A DNA stretch of 32,000 bases from Clostridia bacterium (GCA_017934955.1 JAGBIO010000025.1:72787-104786); one strand, 5' to 3'; numbered from the stretch's first letter, positions 15,567-23,655 are shown. Translations and numbers: made by a program. The notes: generated by a model not told the origin, from the sequence alone.

Positions 15567-16247
15567 ATGCGTTTTGATGTTTTAACGCTGTTTCCGGAGA
15601 TGTTTTCCGCTATAAAGGAGAGCATTATCGGGAGAGCAGAACAAGCCGAATTGATAGAGATTCATCCTGTGAATATACGGGATTTTGCGAATAATAAGCA
15701 TAACCGCGTAGACGATTATCCGTATGGCGGAGGGGCAGGTATGGTGATGCAAGCTCAGCCGATTTATGACGCGTATAAAAGTTTAGCGGGAGAAAATAAG
15801 ACGATTCCTGTGATTTACATGTCTCCGCAAGGAAGGAAATTGACACAGTCAATGGCGTCGGATATTGCAAAGCATGATCATGTGATTTTGCTGTGCGGGC
15901 ACTACGAAGGAGTTGACGAACGGATTATCGAGGAGATTGTAACTGAAGAAATTTCCATCGGTGATTACGTTTTGACCGGAGGCGAGTTGCCGGCGATGGT
16001 GCTGATTGACGTAGTATCGAGATTGATTCCGGGGGTTTTGGCGGATGATTCGACAAAAGAAGAGTCTTTTTCGAATGGTTTGCTGGAATATCCTCAATAT
16101 ACAAGGCCCGAAGAATTTATGGGGCGCAAGGTGCCGGAGGTTCTCTTGTCCGGTCATCATGAAAATATCAGAAAATGGAGAGAAGAGCAGTCGCTGTTAA
16201 GAACAAAGCAAAAGCGACCGGAATTATTAGATAAAGAGGTGAAATAA
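15567..16247 (+). CDS. trmD: tRNA (guanine37-N1)-methyltransferase TrmD
   Basis: [39 protein letters not shown] motifs. Start at ATG 15567 after AGGAGGA. Confidence 0.95.
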   Translation: MRFDVLTLFPEMFSAIKESIIGRAEQAELIEIHPVNIRDFANNKHNRVDDYPYGGGAGMVMQAQPIYDAYKSLAGENKTIPVIYMSPQGRKLTQSMASDIAKHDHVILLCGHYEGVDERIIEEIVTEEISIGDYVLTGGELPAMVLIDVVSRLIPGVLADDSTKEESFSNGLLEYPQYTRPEEFMGRKVPEVLLSGHHENIRKWREEQSLLRTKQKRPELLDKEVK

Positions 16248-16250
16248 ATA

Positions 16251-16595
16251 ATGGATATTATGAAGAGCATTAACGAAGAACAACTTAGAACTGATTTACC
16301 GCAATTAAACATTGGTGATACTGCTAAAGTTTATTATAAGGTTATCGAAGGTTCTCGTGAAAGAATTCAGATGTTTGAAGGTACAATTATCAAGAAGAGA
16401 GGTGCCGGTATTTCTGAAACATTTACAGTAAGAAGAATTTCTTACGGTGTAGGTGTTGAAAGAGTATTCCCTGTTCATTCTCCTAAGATTGATAAAATTG
16501 AGATCGTTAGAACAGGTAAAGTTAGACGTGCAAAACTTTACTACTTAAAAGACCGTGTTGGTAAAGCAACTAAGGTTAAGGAAAAAATGCAATAG
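16251..16595 (+). CDS. rplS: 50S ribosomal protein L19
   Basis: FNIGDT-type N-terminus ([26 protein letters not shown]) and RRAKLYYL. Confidence 0.97.
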   Translation: MDIMKSINEEQLRTDLPQLNIGDTAKVYYKVIEGSRERIQMFEGTIIKKRGAGISETFTVRRISYGVGVERVFPVHSPKIDKIEIVRTGKVRRAKLYYLKDRVGKATKVKEKMQ

Positions 16596-16603
16596 TATAG
16601 AAA

Positions 16604-16638
16604 AGACTGAGGAAAGAAATTTCACTCAGTCTTTTTTT
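16604..16638. terminator. bidirectional terminator shared by rplS and spoVB
   Basis: agactgag-(13 nt)-ctcagtct followed by T7. The spoVB stop codon lies inside the 3' arm. Confidence 0.8.
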
Positions 16639-18146
16639 AACTTAAAGTCATCTTTACCAATTCCGCCGGTTACAATCAGAAATAAGAAGTACAGAACGCA
16701 AATAATTCCGGTACCGATAATGACGTAGTAGAGTGGTGAAAGTAGAAACTTTTGTGTGAGATAAGTCATGGCAAGAATAGCAAGCGAAACAGAAATAAGC
16801 GGTTTGATAATCCATTTGGAGAGATTGATTTGGGTGTGAGTGGCTTTTAAGGTTTTATAGATGTTTAACGAAGAGGTTGTGATATTGCTTAAAATCATAA
16901 TTCCAATAAAAATCGTTAAGCCGTGTTTAGGGACAAATATATAAATAAGCGGTAATCGTATGAGGGCGTCGAAGATGTTGTATTTTAAGGAACTCATTTG
17001 TTCATTTAATCCTTGTAGAATTCCCATGACGACAGTTTCTAAGTACATAAATGGGACGATGGGGGCTAACATTTTTAAAATAGTTCCGATTTCGATTTCA
17101 TGGTAAATCAGTTCGGCGAGTTCATAGGAAAAAGCGAAGAAAATTCCGGCAATCAAGATAGAGAGTGTAATGGCGATATGAAAGGTTTTATCAGCCATTT
17201 TTTTTACTTTTTCGCTTTGCCCTAAAATCTTTGCTTCTGCCATTTCGGGAATCAGTAAAGTGGAGAAGGCGGTGAGGAGGGAAGAAGGAAAGAAAAGAAT
17301 CGGCATCGCCATTCCTTTTAACATTCCGAATTGGGCTAAAGAAGTTTCTCGGGAACCGGTAAATTGGCGTAAAGATTCGGGAACCAGCATATTTTCGTAA
17401 GTTCGCAATCCGGTATTTAGGTATTTATTGAAAGCAACCGGCGCAGCGGAGCCAATCATCTTTTTGGTAATGTGAGGACTTTTTATTTTTGCAAGATAGG
17501 GATTTCTATGTCTCTTTTTTTCCTTGCGGTAAGCAATATACGAGTAAAGGCAAGAGGACATTTCGGAGATTACGTCTCCAATCATAACGGCAAGACAAGC
17601 GGCATCAATTCCATAAGGAATGAAGTGGTCGATAAGAAAGAAGATAATAACAAGTCTTACGATTTGCTCTAAAATTTGTGCTTCGGAGGGAATCGAGACT
17701 CTTCGGTGGGCGATAAAATATCCTTTAATGCAGGAAGTGGTAGCCATAAAGGGAAGAGCGAAGATTGTGACGGTGAGAGAGGGAATGGTTCGGACATCGT
17801 TAATCCAGTATTTCCCGATATAACCAGCGGAAAAGTACATAACGGTAGAGAGGCAGAGTCCCCAGCAGATACAGAGAAGCAAGGTTTTCCGAAAGGCTTT
17901 TATCGTACTTTCTTTTGTACCTACTGCTATTTCGTCACTAACAACTTGGATAACACCGGTAGAGACTCCGGCAGTGGCGAAGGTAGCGGCCATCATGTAG
18001 ACCGAGAGAATGACTTGGTATAATCCCATTCCTTCGGCTCCGATTTTATTTGAGAGATAAACTCGTAACAACATTCCAAGCCCGCGGAGAATAAAGGCGG
18101 TTACGGTTAAAATAACGGCATTTTTCAGAAAGATAAATTTTTTCAA
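16626..18146 (-). CDS. spoVB: stage V sporulation protein B / MOP-superfamily flippase
   Basis: About 14 TM. N-terminus KNAVILTVTAFILRGLGMLLRVYLSNKIGAEGMGLYQ is typical of SpoVB. Start set at TTG 18146, 8 nt after AAAGGAG. The track start at 18230 lies in the REP hairpin. Confidence 0.8.
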   Translation of the reverse strand: MKKFIFLKNAVILTVTAFILRGLGMLLRVYLSNKIGAEGMGLYQVILSVYMMAATFATAGVSTGVIQVVSDEIAVGTKESTIKAFRKTLLLCICWGLCLSTVMYFSAGYIGKYWINDVRTIPSLTVTIFALPFMATTSCIKGYFIAHRRVSIPSEAQILEQIVRLVIIFFLIDHFIPYGIDAACLAVMIGDVISEMSSCLYSYIAYRKEKKRHRNPYLAKIKSPHITKKMIGSAAPVAFNKYLNTGLRTYENMLVPESLRQFTGSRETSLAQFGMLKGMAMPILFFPSSLLTAFSTLLIPEMAEAKILGQSEKVKKMADKTFHIAITLSILIAGIFFAFSYELAELIYHEIEIGTILKMLAPIVPFMYLETVVMGILQGLNEQMSSLKYNIFDALIRLPLIYIFVPKHGLTIFIGIMILSNITTSSLNIYKTLKATHTQINLSKWIIKPLISVSLAILAMTYLTQKFLLSPLYYVIIGTGIICVLYFLFLIVTGGIGKDDFKLKKD

Positions 18147-18221
18147 TCGGCTCACTCCTTTAGTGCATGTATATTTTGCGTGAGTGGGATTTATACCGAT
18201 TGCGTTGAGAGAAAAAGAATT

Positions 18222-18245
18222 GGACAGCATGAATGCTGTCCGTAC
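18222..18245. repeat. solo REP-like hairpin ggacagcatgaatgctgtcc + gtac
   Basis: Perfect palindrome. With its flanks it reads TGGACA-16-TACAAT (18221-18248). Confidence 0.9.
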
Positions 18246-18276
18246 AATAAAAATGTAAAAAATTTCAAATTTAATC

Positions 18277-18305
18277 TTGAAAATTTTGGAATTCTATAGT
18301 ATAGT
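18277..18305 (+). promoter_or_regulatory. sigma-A-like promoter TTGAAA-17-TATAGT for the small-ORF mRNA
   Basis: TTGAAA 18277-18282, 17-nt spacer, TATAGT 18300-18305. Confidence 0.6.
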
Positions 18306-18373
18306 ACTTTTACAAGAGAGAAAATTGAAAACGGTCAGCGGTTGTTTCACCTCGCAAGGGAGGTGAGTTGCCT

Positions 18374-18463
18374 ATGAGCAGAAAATACATAGTAAAAATA
18401 ATTTTTAGAGTATTTGTTCTATCTATTATCTTTATATTGTTTTTCCCTTATATAGCAAAATAA
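18374..18463 (+). CDS. candidate type I toxin, 29-aa hydrophobic peptide MSRKYIVKIIFRVFVLSIIFILFFPYIAK
   Basis: ATG 10 nt after GGGAGGTGA. The SD is sequestered by the hairpin tcacctc(18347-18353)/gaggtga(18360-18366). Basic N-terminus plus one TM-length hydrophobic stretch and a C-terminal Lys. Too short for the ORF track. Confidence 0.55.
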   Translation: MSRKYIVKIIFRVFVLSIIFILFFPYIAK

Positions 18464-18546
18464 CCGCTTCTCCATCAAAGTATGCGGTTATTTGCTAACT
18501 AAATTATTTTGGTGAGACAACCGTTGATACGATTTTCTCTCTTGCT
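18455..18546 (-). ncRNA. candidate antisense/convergent sRNA (antitoxin candidate)
   Basis: Driven by the consensus promoter at 18553-18581. It would run into the 3' end of the small ORF through the stem gcaaaataaccgc/gcggttatttgc. The 3' end is uncertain because there is no clean U-tract. Confidence 0.45.
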
Positions 18547-18552
18547 ATATTT

Positions 18553-18581
18553 ATTATATCGTATATTTTAAAATATGTCAA
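18553..18581 (-). promoter_or_regulatory. perfect consensus sigma-A promoter TTGACA-17-TATAAT on the minus strand
   Basis: + strand attata 18553-18558 and tgtcaa 18576-18581, 17-nt spacer. No protein gene lies downstream of it. Confidence 0.7.
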
Positions 18582-18658
18582 TTTTTAACTTCTTATTTTA
18601 AGATTTTATTTTAAGATTTTCATGTTACTGTTTAGGCTAAAATTGTTGCAAATATATT

Positions 18659-18838
18659 GGGACGTCGAGGACGGAGGCTGCTGAAAAAGTACGATTTTTT
18701 TGAAAAATTTCATTTTCCCCAGGTCAAAAATCATTACCCAACGTTCCAAAATTGATTGTAGACGATTTATAAGCTAACAATTTTTGGAAACTGTTTTTTT
18801 TGAGAACTTTTTCAGCAGCTTCCGAGGACGCCGTCCCC
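18659..18838. mobile_element. 180-bp MITE-like element with ~32-nt terminal inverted repeats (second family)
   Basis: gggacgtcgaggacggaggctgctgaaaaagt ... actttttcagcagcttccgaggacgccgtcccc. The right end continues as ctac, giving GTAGGGGAC on the reverse strand. A collapsed copy is at 7062-7089. Confidence 0.7.
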
Positions 18839-18890
18839 TACAAACGTTTTTTTATCGATATTTTCAAAAATTATCAATCTATAGACTGAA

Positions 18891-19562
18891 CTATAAGATT
18901 TGCATTGCTTTTTCATAAATTTCTTTGTGAATGTCTTCGATACTGCGTAAAGTTCCGTCTTTTGTGCAGTTAATTTCATCCCAGTTGAATTTTTCGATTA
19001 AGTAGCAAGCACTGGTGTACATTTTATTTAAGTATTCTTTATTGCTTTCATGGATGTCTTTTTCTTTTTCATGGGAAAATTTATTTTCACGTTCTGCCAT
19101 GAGTTTTTGACTGACTTCAGGCGGGATATTTAGGAAGAAGACCTTGTCGGGAACAGGAATTCCGAATAGGTTAAATTCGAAGTCCCAGAGCCATTTTAGA
19201 AATTTATCCCGTTCTTCGATATCGTCGATTTTTCCGGCTTGGTGTACCATGTTGGCGGTGACATAGCGATCTAAGATTAAAATTCCGCCGTTTTTGTAGA
19301 ATTCTTCATAGTCTTGTTTATAAGAAGCATAGCGATCTACTGCATAAAAGGTTGAGGCGATATACGGACTGATTTCGTTTGGATTTTTTCCGAATTCGCC
19401 GGAGAGATACATTTTTACAAGGGAAGAGGATGGATTTTCATATCTTGGGTAAGCTATTTTCATGACCGGATAATTTTCTTCTTTTAGTCGTTGATACAAT
19501 TTTTCTGATTGTGTTTGTTTTCCGCAACCATCTAAGCCTTCTATTACAATGATTTTTCCCAT
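18891..19562 (-). CDS. tmk: thymidylate kinase
   Basis: MGKIIVIEGLDGCGKQTQ P-loop, DRY motif (LDRYVTANMVHQ). Start set at ATG 19562; the track TTG at 19580 contains the SD. Confidence 0.85.
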   Translation of the reverse strand: MGKIIVIEGLDGCGKQTQSEKLYQRLKEENYPVMKIAYPRYENPSSSLVKMYLSGEFGKNPNEISPYIASTFYAVDRYASYKQDYEEFYKNGGILILDRYVTANMVHQAGKIDDIEERDKFLKWLWDFEFNLFGIPVPDKVFFLNIPPEVSQKLMAERENKFSHEKEKDIHESNKEYLNKMYTSACYLIEKFNWDEINCTKDGTLRSIEDIHKEIYEKAMQIL

Positions 19563-19591
19563 ATAATCGCGTCCTTTCAAAAATAATATTA

Positions 19592-19763
19592 GTTACAGGT
19601 CAGACTAAAAATTATAGAGAAGGCAGAGATAGTGTAGAGACACAATTTATTGTGTCCACGAAATAGGCAGACGGTAGAATTAGGACACAATGAATTGTGT
19701 CCCTACAAACGGGATATTACCGATATTTTTCGAAAGATACAAGATTATAGTCTGATTAATAAC
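19592..19763. mobile_element. MITE (172 bp) with TIRs gttacaggtcagact / agtctgattaataac and an internal ACACAAT-variant REP doublet
   Basis: The left arm is near-identical to 13489-13530. Flanking 8-mers TAATATTA / TAATTCTA are 6/8 identical. Occupies the divergent tmk / yaaR intergenic region. Confidence 0.75.
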
Positions 19764-19780
19764 TAATTCTATCATAAATT

Positions 19781-19808
19781 TTGAAAAATTTATGGTAGGA
19801 ATGATAAT
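19781..19808 (+). promoter_or_regulatory. sigma-A-like promoter TTGAAA-16-GATAAT for yaaR-holB-yaaT
   Basis: TTGAAA 19781-19786, GATAAT 19803-19808. Confidence 0.5.
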
Positions 19809-19862
19809 TTTATGATATCTTATTTTAAGAAAGAAAGCAAGAAAAAGGAGGAGTTTACGAGT

Positions 19863-20312
19863 ATGAAAATTGATAATGTGAATCTTGCTTCTTCGATTGT
19901 GGGAGCGTCGGCGCAGGAGGAAAGAAAAGTGAGAAAGAGTAAAAACTCTTCTTTTTCGAATACCTTTGCGAATATGACGCATGAGAATGAGAAAGAGTTT
20001 TTGGAGAATAAGTTAAAAGAGATTGGTGAAAAGGGAAAATTCGTAAAGGAAAGAATGGATTTGAAGGATTTGGTAGAGTACAAGAAGATGATTGCGGATT
20101 TTTTGGAATATACGGTGAAGTATTCTTATAAGTACTCAAAGGAGACGAAGCTTGGGCGAGATGGCAGTTTTCGCGTGATGGGAATTGTTAAGAAAATCAA
20201 CGAACAGTTAGAAAGTTTGACGACAGCGTTATTGAATAATGAAAAGGATAGATTAAAGATTGTGAATACGATAAGCGGAATCCATGGAATGTTGGTGGAT
20301 TTGTTAATGTAA
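19863..20312 (+). CDS. yaaR: YaaR/DUF327 family protein
   Basis: Start at ATG 19863 after AAAGGAGG. About 149 aa. Conserved position upstream of holB. The central motif pattern fits DUF327 from memory. Confidence 0.65.
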   Translation: MKIDNVNLASSIVGASAQEERKVRKSKNSSFSNTFANMTHENEKEFLENKLKEIGEKGKFVKERMDLKDLVEYKKMIADFLEYTVKYSYKYSKETKLGRDGSFRVMGIVKKINEQLESLTTALLNNEKDRLKIVNTISGIHGMLVDLLM

Positions 20313-20317
20313 ATGGG

Positions 20318-21061
20318 GTGAAGAGGTTGAATCAGACATTGATTTCGGATATTGAGCGGGGGACGATTAGTCATGCTTACTTTTTGGAGTGTGATGATGA
20401 GGAAACGGTAAATCGTGAGGCGGAGGAGTTTGTAAAGCGGATTTTTCAGGATGATTTAGCGAATAATCCGGATTACAAGCGGATTACGGTAGAGGATAAA
20501 AGCATTAAGGTGGAGAAGATAAGAGAATTACAAAAAGATGTGATTGTGAAGCCGATTTTGCATGAGAAAAAGATTTATGTGATTCCTTCTGCGAATAAAA
20601 TGAATTTGGCGGCTCAAAACTGTTTATTAAAGACGCTTGAGGAACCGCCGGAGAATGTGATGATTATTTTAACGGGACCGTCGATTTACAGTGTTATCGG
20701 GACGATTCGTTCGCGCGTGAAACAGGTAAAAATTGCGTGTGCGCGGGAGGATATTTTCCCGGAGGAAATGAAGGAAATGTTGGATCATCTGCATCGAAAA
20801 AATATAACGGAAGTTATGAAATATTCTGATTTTTTTGATAAGAATAAAGAGGGTATAATGGAGCTGTTACATAGCATGGCGACTTATTGCGATAAGAAAA
20901 TCGACAGACTGAAAAATGAGTTGTCATCGAATGCAGAATGTGATATAATGAGGTTCGCAAAATATATTGATGAGATTAATTCGGCAGAGCAAATGTTAGC
21001 GGAAAATGCGAATTTTGGTATGACGATTGATAATATGTTATTGAATATGAGAGGATTATAA
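20318..21061 (+). CDS. holB: DNA polymerase III delta-prime subunit (short form)
   Basis: ISHAYFLE, LLKTLEEPP, TIRSRV motifs (clamp-loader boxes). GTG start. No intact P-loop, as expected for delta-prime. Confidence 0.8.
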   Translation: MKRLNQTLISDIERGTISHAYFLECDDEETVNREAEEFVKRIFQDDLANNPDYKRITVEDKSIKVEKIRELQKDVIVKPILHEKKIYVIPSANKMNLAAQNCLLKTLEEPPENVMIILTGPSIYSVIGTIRSRVKQVKIACAREDIFPEEMKEMLDHLHRKNITEVMKYSDFFDKNKEGIMELLHSMATYCDKKIDRLKNELSSNAECDIMRFAKYIDEINSAEQMLAENANFGMTIDNMLLNMRGL

Positions 21062-21065
21062 AACT

Positions 21066-21938
21066 ATGATGACGAGTGTGGTTGGTGTTCGATTTAAAGA
21101 ACAGGGAAAAACGTATTATTTTAATCCGAACGGACTGGATATAAAGCTGAATGATAAAGTAATCGTAGAGACGGTGCGTGGTCTTGAGTTCGGAACGGTT
21201 AGTTTAGCGCATAAGGAAGTGGATGATGAGAATTTTCAAAATCCGCTGAAGAATGTCATCCGAATTGCGACGAAGGAGGATGAAGTGAAAAATGCGGAGA
21301 ACAAGCGAAAGGAAAAAGAGGCGCTTGTTTCTTGTATTAAAAAGGCAGAAGAACATAATTTAGGAATGAAATTTATTGATGCGGAATATACTTTTGATAA
21401 CAGTAAGATTATTTTTTATTTTTCTGCGGAAGGAAGAATTGATTTTAGAGATTTGGTAAAGGATTTGGCGGCAATTTTTAAGACGAGAATCGAATTAAGA
21501 CAGATTGGTGTGCGGGATGAAGCGAAGATGCTTGGCGGATTGGGACATTGTGGCAGAGAGTTTTGCTGTCATAAGTTCTTATCGGATTTTCAGCCGGTGT
21601 CGATTAAAATGGCGAAAGACCAAGGCTTGTCTTTAAATCCGACGAAAATTTCCGGGGCTTGCGGAAGACTGATGTGTTGCTTGGCTTATGAACAGTGTGG
21701 GTACGAAGAAAAAATCAAGCGTGTTCCTAAGACGGGTTCGTTGGTATTGACTCCGCTTGGACAAGGAACGGTGGTTTCTTCGAATATTTTAAAAGAAGAA
21801 GTAAAAGTAAAAATGGTGGATAAAGACGATGATGTGGATTTGGAGACCTTTAAGGCGACAGATGTGAAAGTGATTAAGGGAGTATCGGAGAAAAACGCAG
21901 AAGATAATATAGATGAGTTGAAGCAGTTGGAAGATTAA
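21066..21938 (+). CDS. yaaT: PSP1-domain protein YaaT/RicT (stage 0 sporulation)
   Basis: GVRFKEQGKTYYF N-terminus, Cys-rich HCGREFCCHKFL...GACGRLMCCLAYE. Follows holB. Confidence 0.9.
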   Translation: MMTSVVGVRFKEQGKTYYFNPNGLDIKLNDKVIVETVRGLEFGTVSLAHKEVDDENFQNPLKNVIRIATKEDEVKNAENKRKEKEALVSCIKKAEEHNLGMKFIDAEYTFDNSKIIFYFSAEGRIDFRDLVKDLAAIFKTRIELRQIGVRDEAKMLGGLGHCGREFCCHKFLSDFQPVSIKMAKDQGLSLNPTKISGACGRLMCCLAYEQCGYEEKIKRVPKTGSLVLTPLGQGTVVSSNILKEEVKVKMVDKDDDVDLETFKATDVKVIKGVSEKNAEDNIDELKQLED

Positions 21939-21957
21939 GTAACGGAGGTAGCAGAAA

Positions 21958-23637
21958 ATGATTATTGAAAGGATAATTTATAATTTGATTGCCGTTTTTC
22001 TCGGCATATACATCATTCGTTCGTACATTAACAAACGAAAAGAAACTTATTTACTGATTGCCGGTGGAGAGGTTATTGCGATTACTTTTAATATTTTGAA
22101 TTTGTTTAACAGCGTTTATTACGGAAATTATTTGATTGAAGGAATTGCGGCGATTTTGGGAATTGTTGTACCGGGGTCGGTTTTTATAACGGATTATTTA
22201 AAAAATTCAAAGAACAAAATTATCGGGCTTTTAGGTGCCGGAAGCAGTTTCTTTGAAAAGGGCAGTATCAGCGAGTATTATCAGCAAATTCCGATGTTGG
22301 AGGCAAAAGAATCGGGAGATATTGTAAAATGGATTCGGCTAAACGAAGAGGATGTACTGGTGCAGCTAAAAGATAAATTTGCCGAAGCAGAGCAATTAGC
22401 GGATAAAGATAAATTTAAGGAAGCTTTGGATATTTATAACGGTGCGGAAGCTTTATTTAAGGAAAATCCGGTAATCTTGTTTAATTCCGGTATTATTTAT
22501 ATGAAAAATGCAAATTATGCGCAGGCAGTGGTTCGTTTCCAACGCGCAGCAGAGTTATTGGAAGATCAGGATTTGGATAACGATACGAGTGCGTCGATTG
22601 CGTTTGATAGAGCGAAAGTGATTATTCAAGGCATTGAGAAATTTGATGCTTATTATAATTTGGCGCTTGCGTTTGCTTGTTTGGGAAAACCGGAACTTGC
22701 GGTAGAAAACTTTAAGAAAGCCGGAGAGGCGAAGGGTAACTGGATTTTGGTTTATAAACCGCTTGCGATTATTTTGGAAAACCTAAAGCGCTACGAAGAA
22801 GCTGCTAAAATGTATGAAAAACTTTCGGAATACGAGCCGGAAGATTTTGAGGGTTACGGAAAGATTGGTACGTTATTTGCATTTAAGAAGGAATACGATA
22901 AGGCAATTTTGAATTACAGAAAAGCAATTCGATTAGATCCGAATAATGCGTCACTTTATTACAACATGGGTATTTTATTGTATGAGACGGATAAGACGAC
23001 AGAGGCGGTAAGTAAGTTTAGAAATGCGATTGAAATCAATCCGAACGATTATCGTTTCCACTATAATTTGGCGTTGGCTTTGGAGAAGGCGGATGAAAAG
23101 AATTTAGCGATTGATGAGTTGAAGAAAACGTTGGTATTAAAGCCGGATTATACGGTTGCGTCGAATATGTTGGCAATTTTATATTGCGGAATCGGAAATC
23201 GTGAGGAAGCCATTCGCGTTTGTGAAAGCGCTTTGAGTTATGATCCGGATAATTATGAATTATATTTTAATGCGGCAATTGCGTATATGGAATTAAAAGA
23301 TTATGAAAATGCAAAAAAATTCTTTACAATGGCGACAGTGAAAAATTCATTATTGGCAGAGGCTTACTTCGGACTTGGGCAAATTGCAGTAATGAAGGAA
23401 GAATATTTTGTGGCGGAAGAAAATTACATAAAGGCGATTAAGGCGGATCCGGAATATGCAACTCCATATTATAATCTTTCTCGAATCTATGCATTTCGGA
23501 AGGAATATGCGAAAGTGATTGAAAATTTAACGATGGCAATTAAGTTAAATCCTGCATATAAACAGAAAGTGAAGAATGATGCGGCGTTTGATTTGATGCG
23601 TAATATGAATGAATTGCAGGAAATTGTAGATAATTAA
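21958..23637 (+). CDS. membrane-anchored TPR-repeat protein
   Basis: Three N-terminal TM helices, then many 34-aa TPR-like repeats (A..Y.KAI.L.P....A..N.G). Confidence 0.8.
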   Translation: MIIERIIYNLIAVFLGIYIIRSYINKRKETYLLIAGGEVIAITFNILNLFNSVYYGNYLIEGIAAILGIVVPGSVFITDYLKNSKNKIIGLLGAGSSFFEKGSISEYYQQIPMLEAKESGDIVKWIRLNEEDVLVQLKDKFAEAEQLADKDKFKEALDIYNGAEALFKENPVILFNSGIIYMKNANYAQAVVRFQRAAELLEDQDLDNDTSASIAFDRAKVIIQGIEKFDAYYNLALAFACLGKPELAVENFKKAGEAKGNWILVYKPLAIILENLKRYEEAAKMYEKLSEYEPEDFEGYGKIGTLFAFKKEYDKAILNYRKAIRLDPNNASLYYNMGILLYETDKTTEAVSKFRNAIEINPNDYRFHYNLALALEKADEKNLAIDELKKTLVLKPDYTVASNMLAILYCGIGNREEAIRVCESALSYDPDNYELYFNAAIAYMELKDYENAKKFFTMATVKNSLLAEAYFGLGQIAVMKEEYFVAEENYIKAIKADPEYATPYYNLSRIYAFRKEYAKVIENLTMAIKLNPAYKQKVKNDAAFDLMRNMNELQEIVDN

Positions 23638-23655
23638 ATTTGAGGAGGTTGTGTT

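Noticed and set aside
18455-18495. The stem gcaaaataaccgc/gcggttatttgc after the 29-aa ORF as a canonical bidirectional intrinsic terminator.
   Set aside because: The loop is 16 nt and neither strand has a clean U-tract after the stem. I kept it only as a possible 3' structure and left transcript ends open.
18680-18810. About 43-codon ORF on the minus strand inside the 180-bp second-family element (MIFDLGKMKFFKK...).
   Set aside because: It has no usable SD, runs through the terminal inverted repeat, and has composition consistent with chance in AT-rich DNA.
1546-19706. The many copies of a ~24-nt palindromic repeat could be a CRISPR array.
   Set aside because: The copies are dispersed over 18 kb, one or two per intergenic gap. 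They occur in inverted orientation with irregular spacing and have no uniform spacers or nearby cas genes. They behave as REP/MITE elements.
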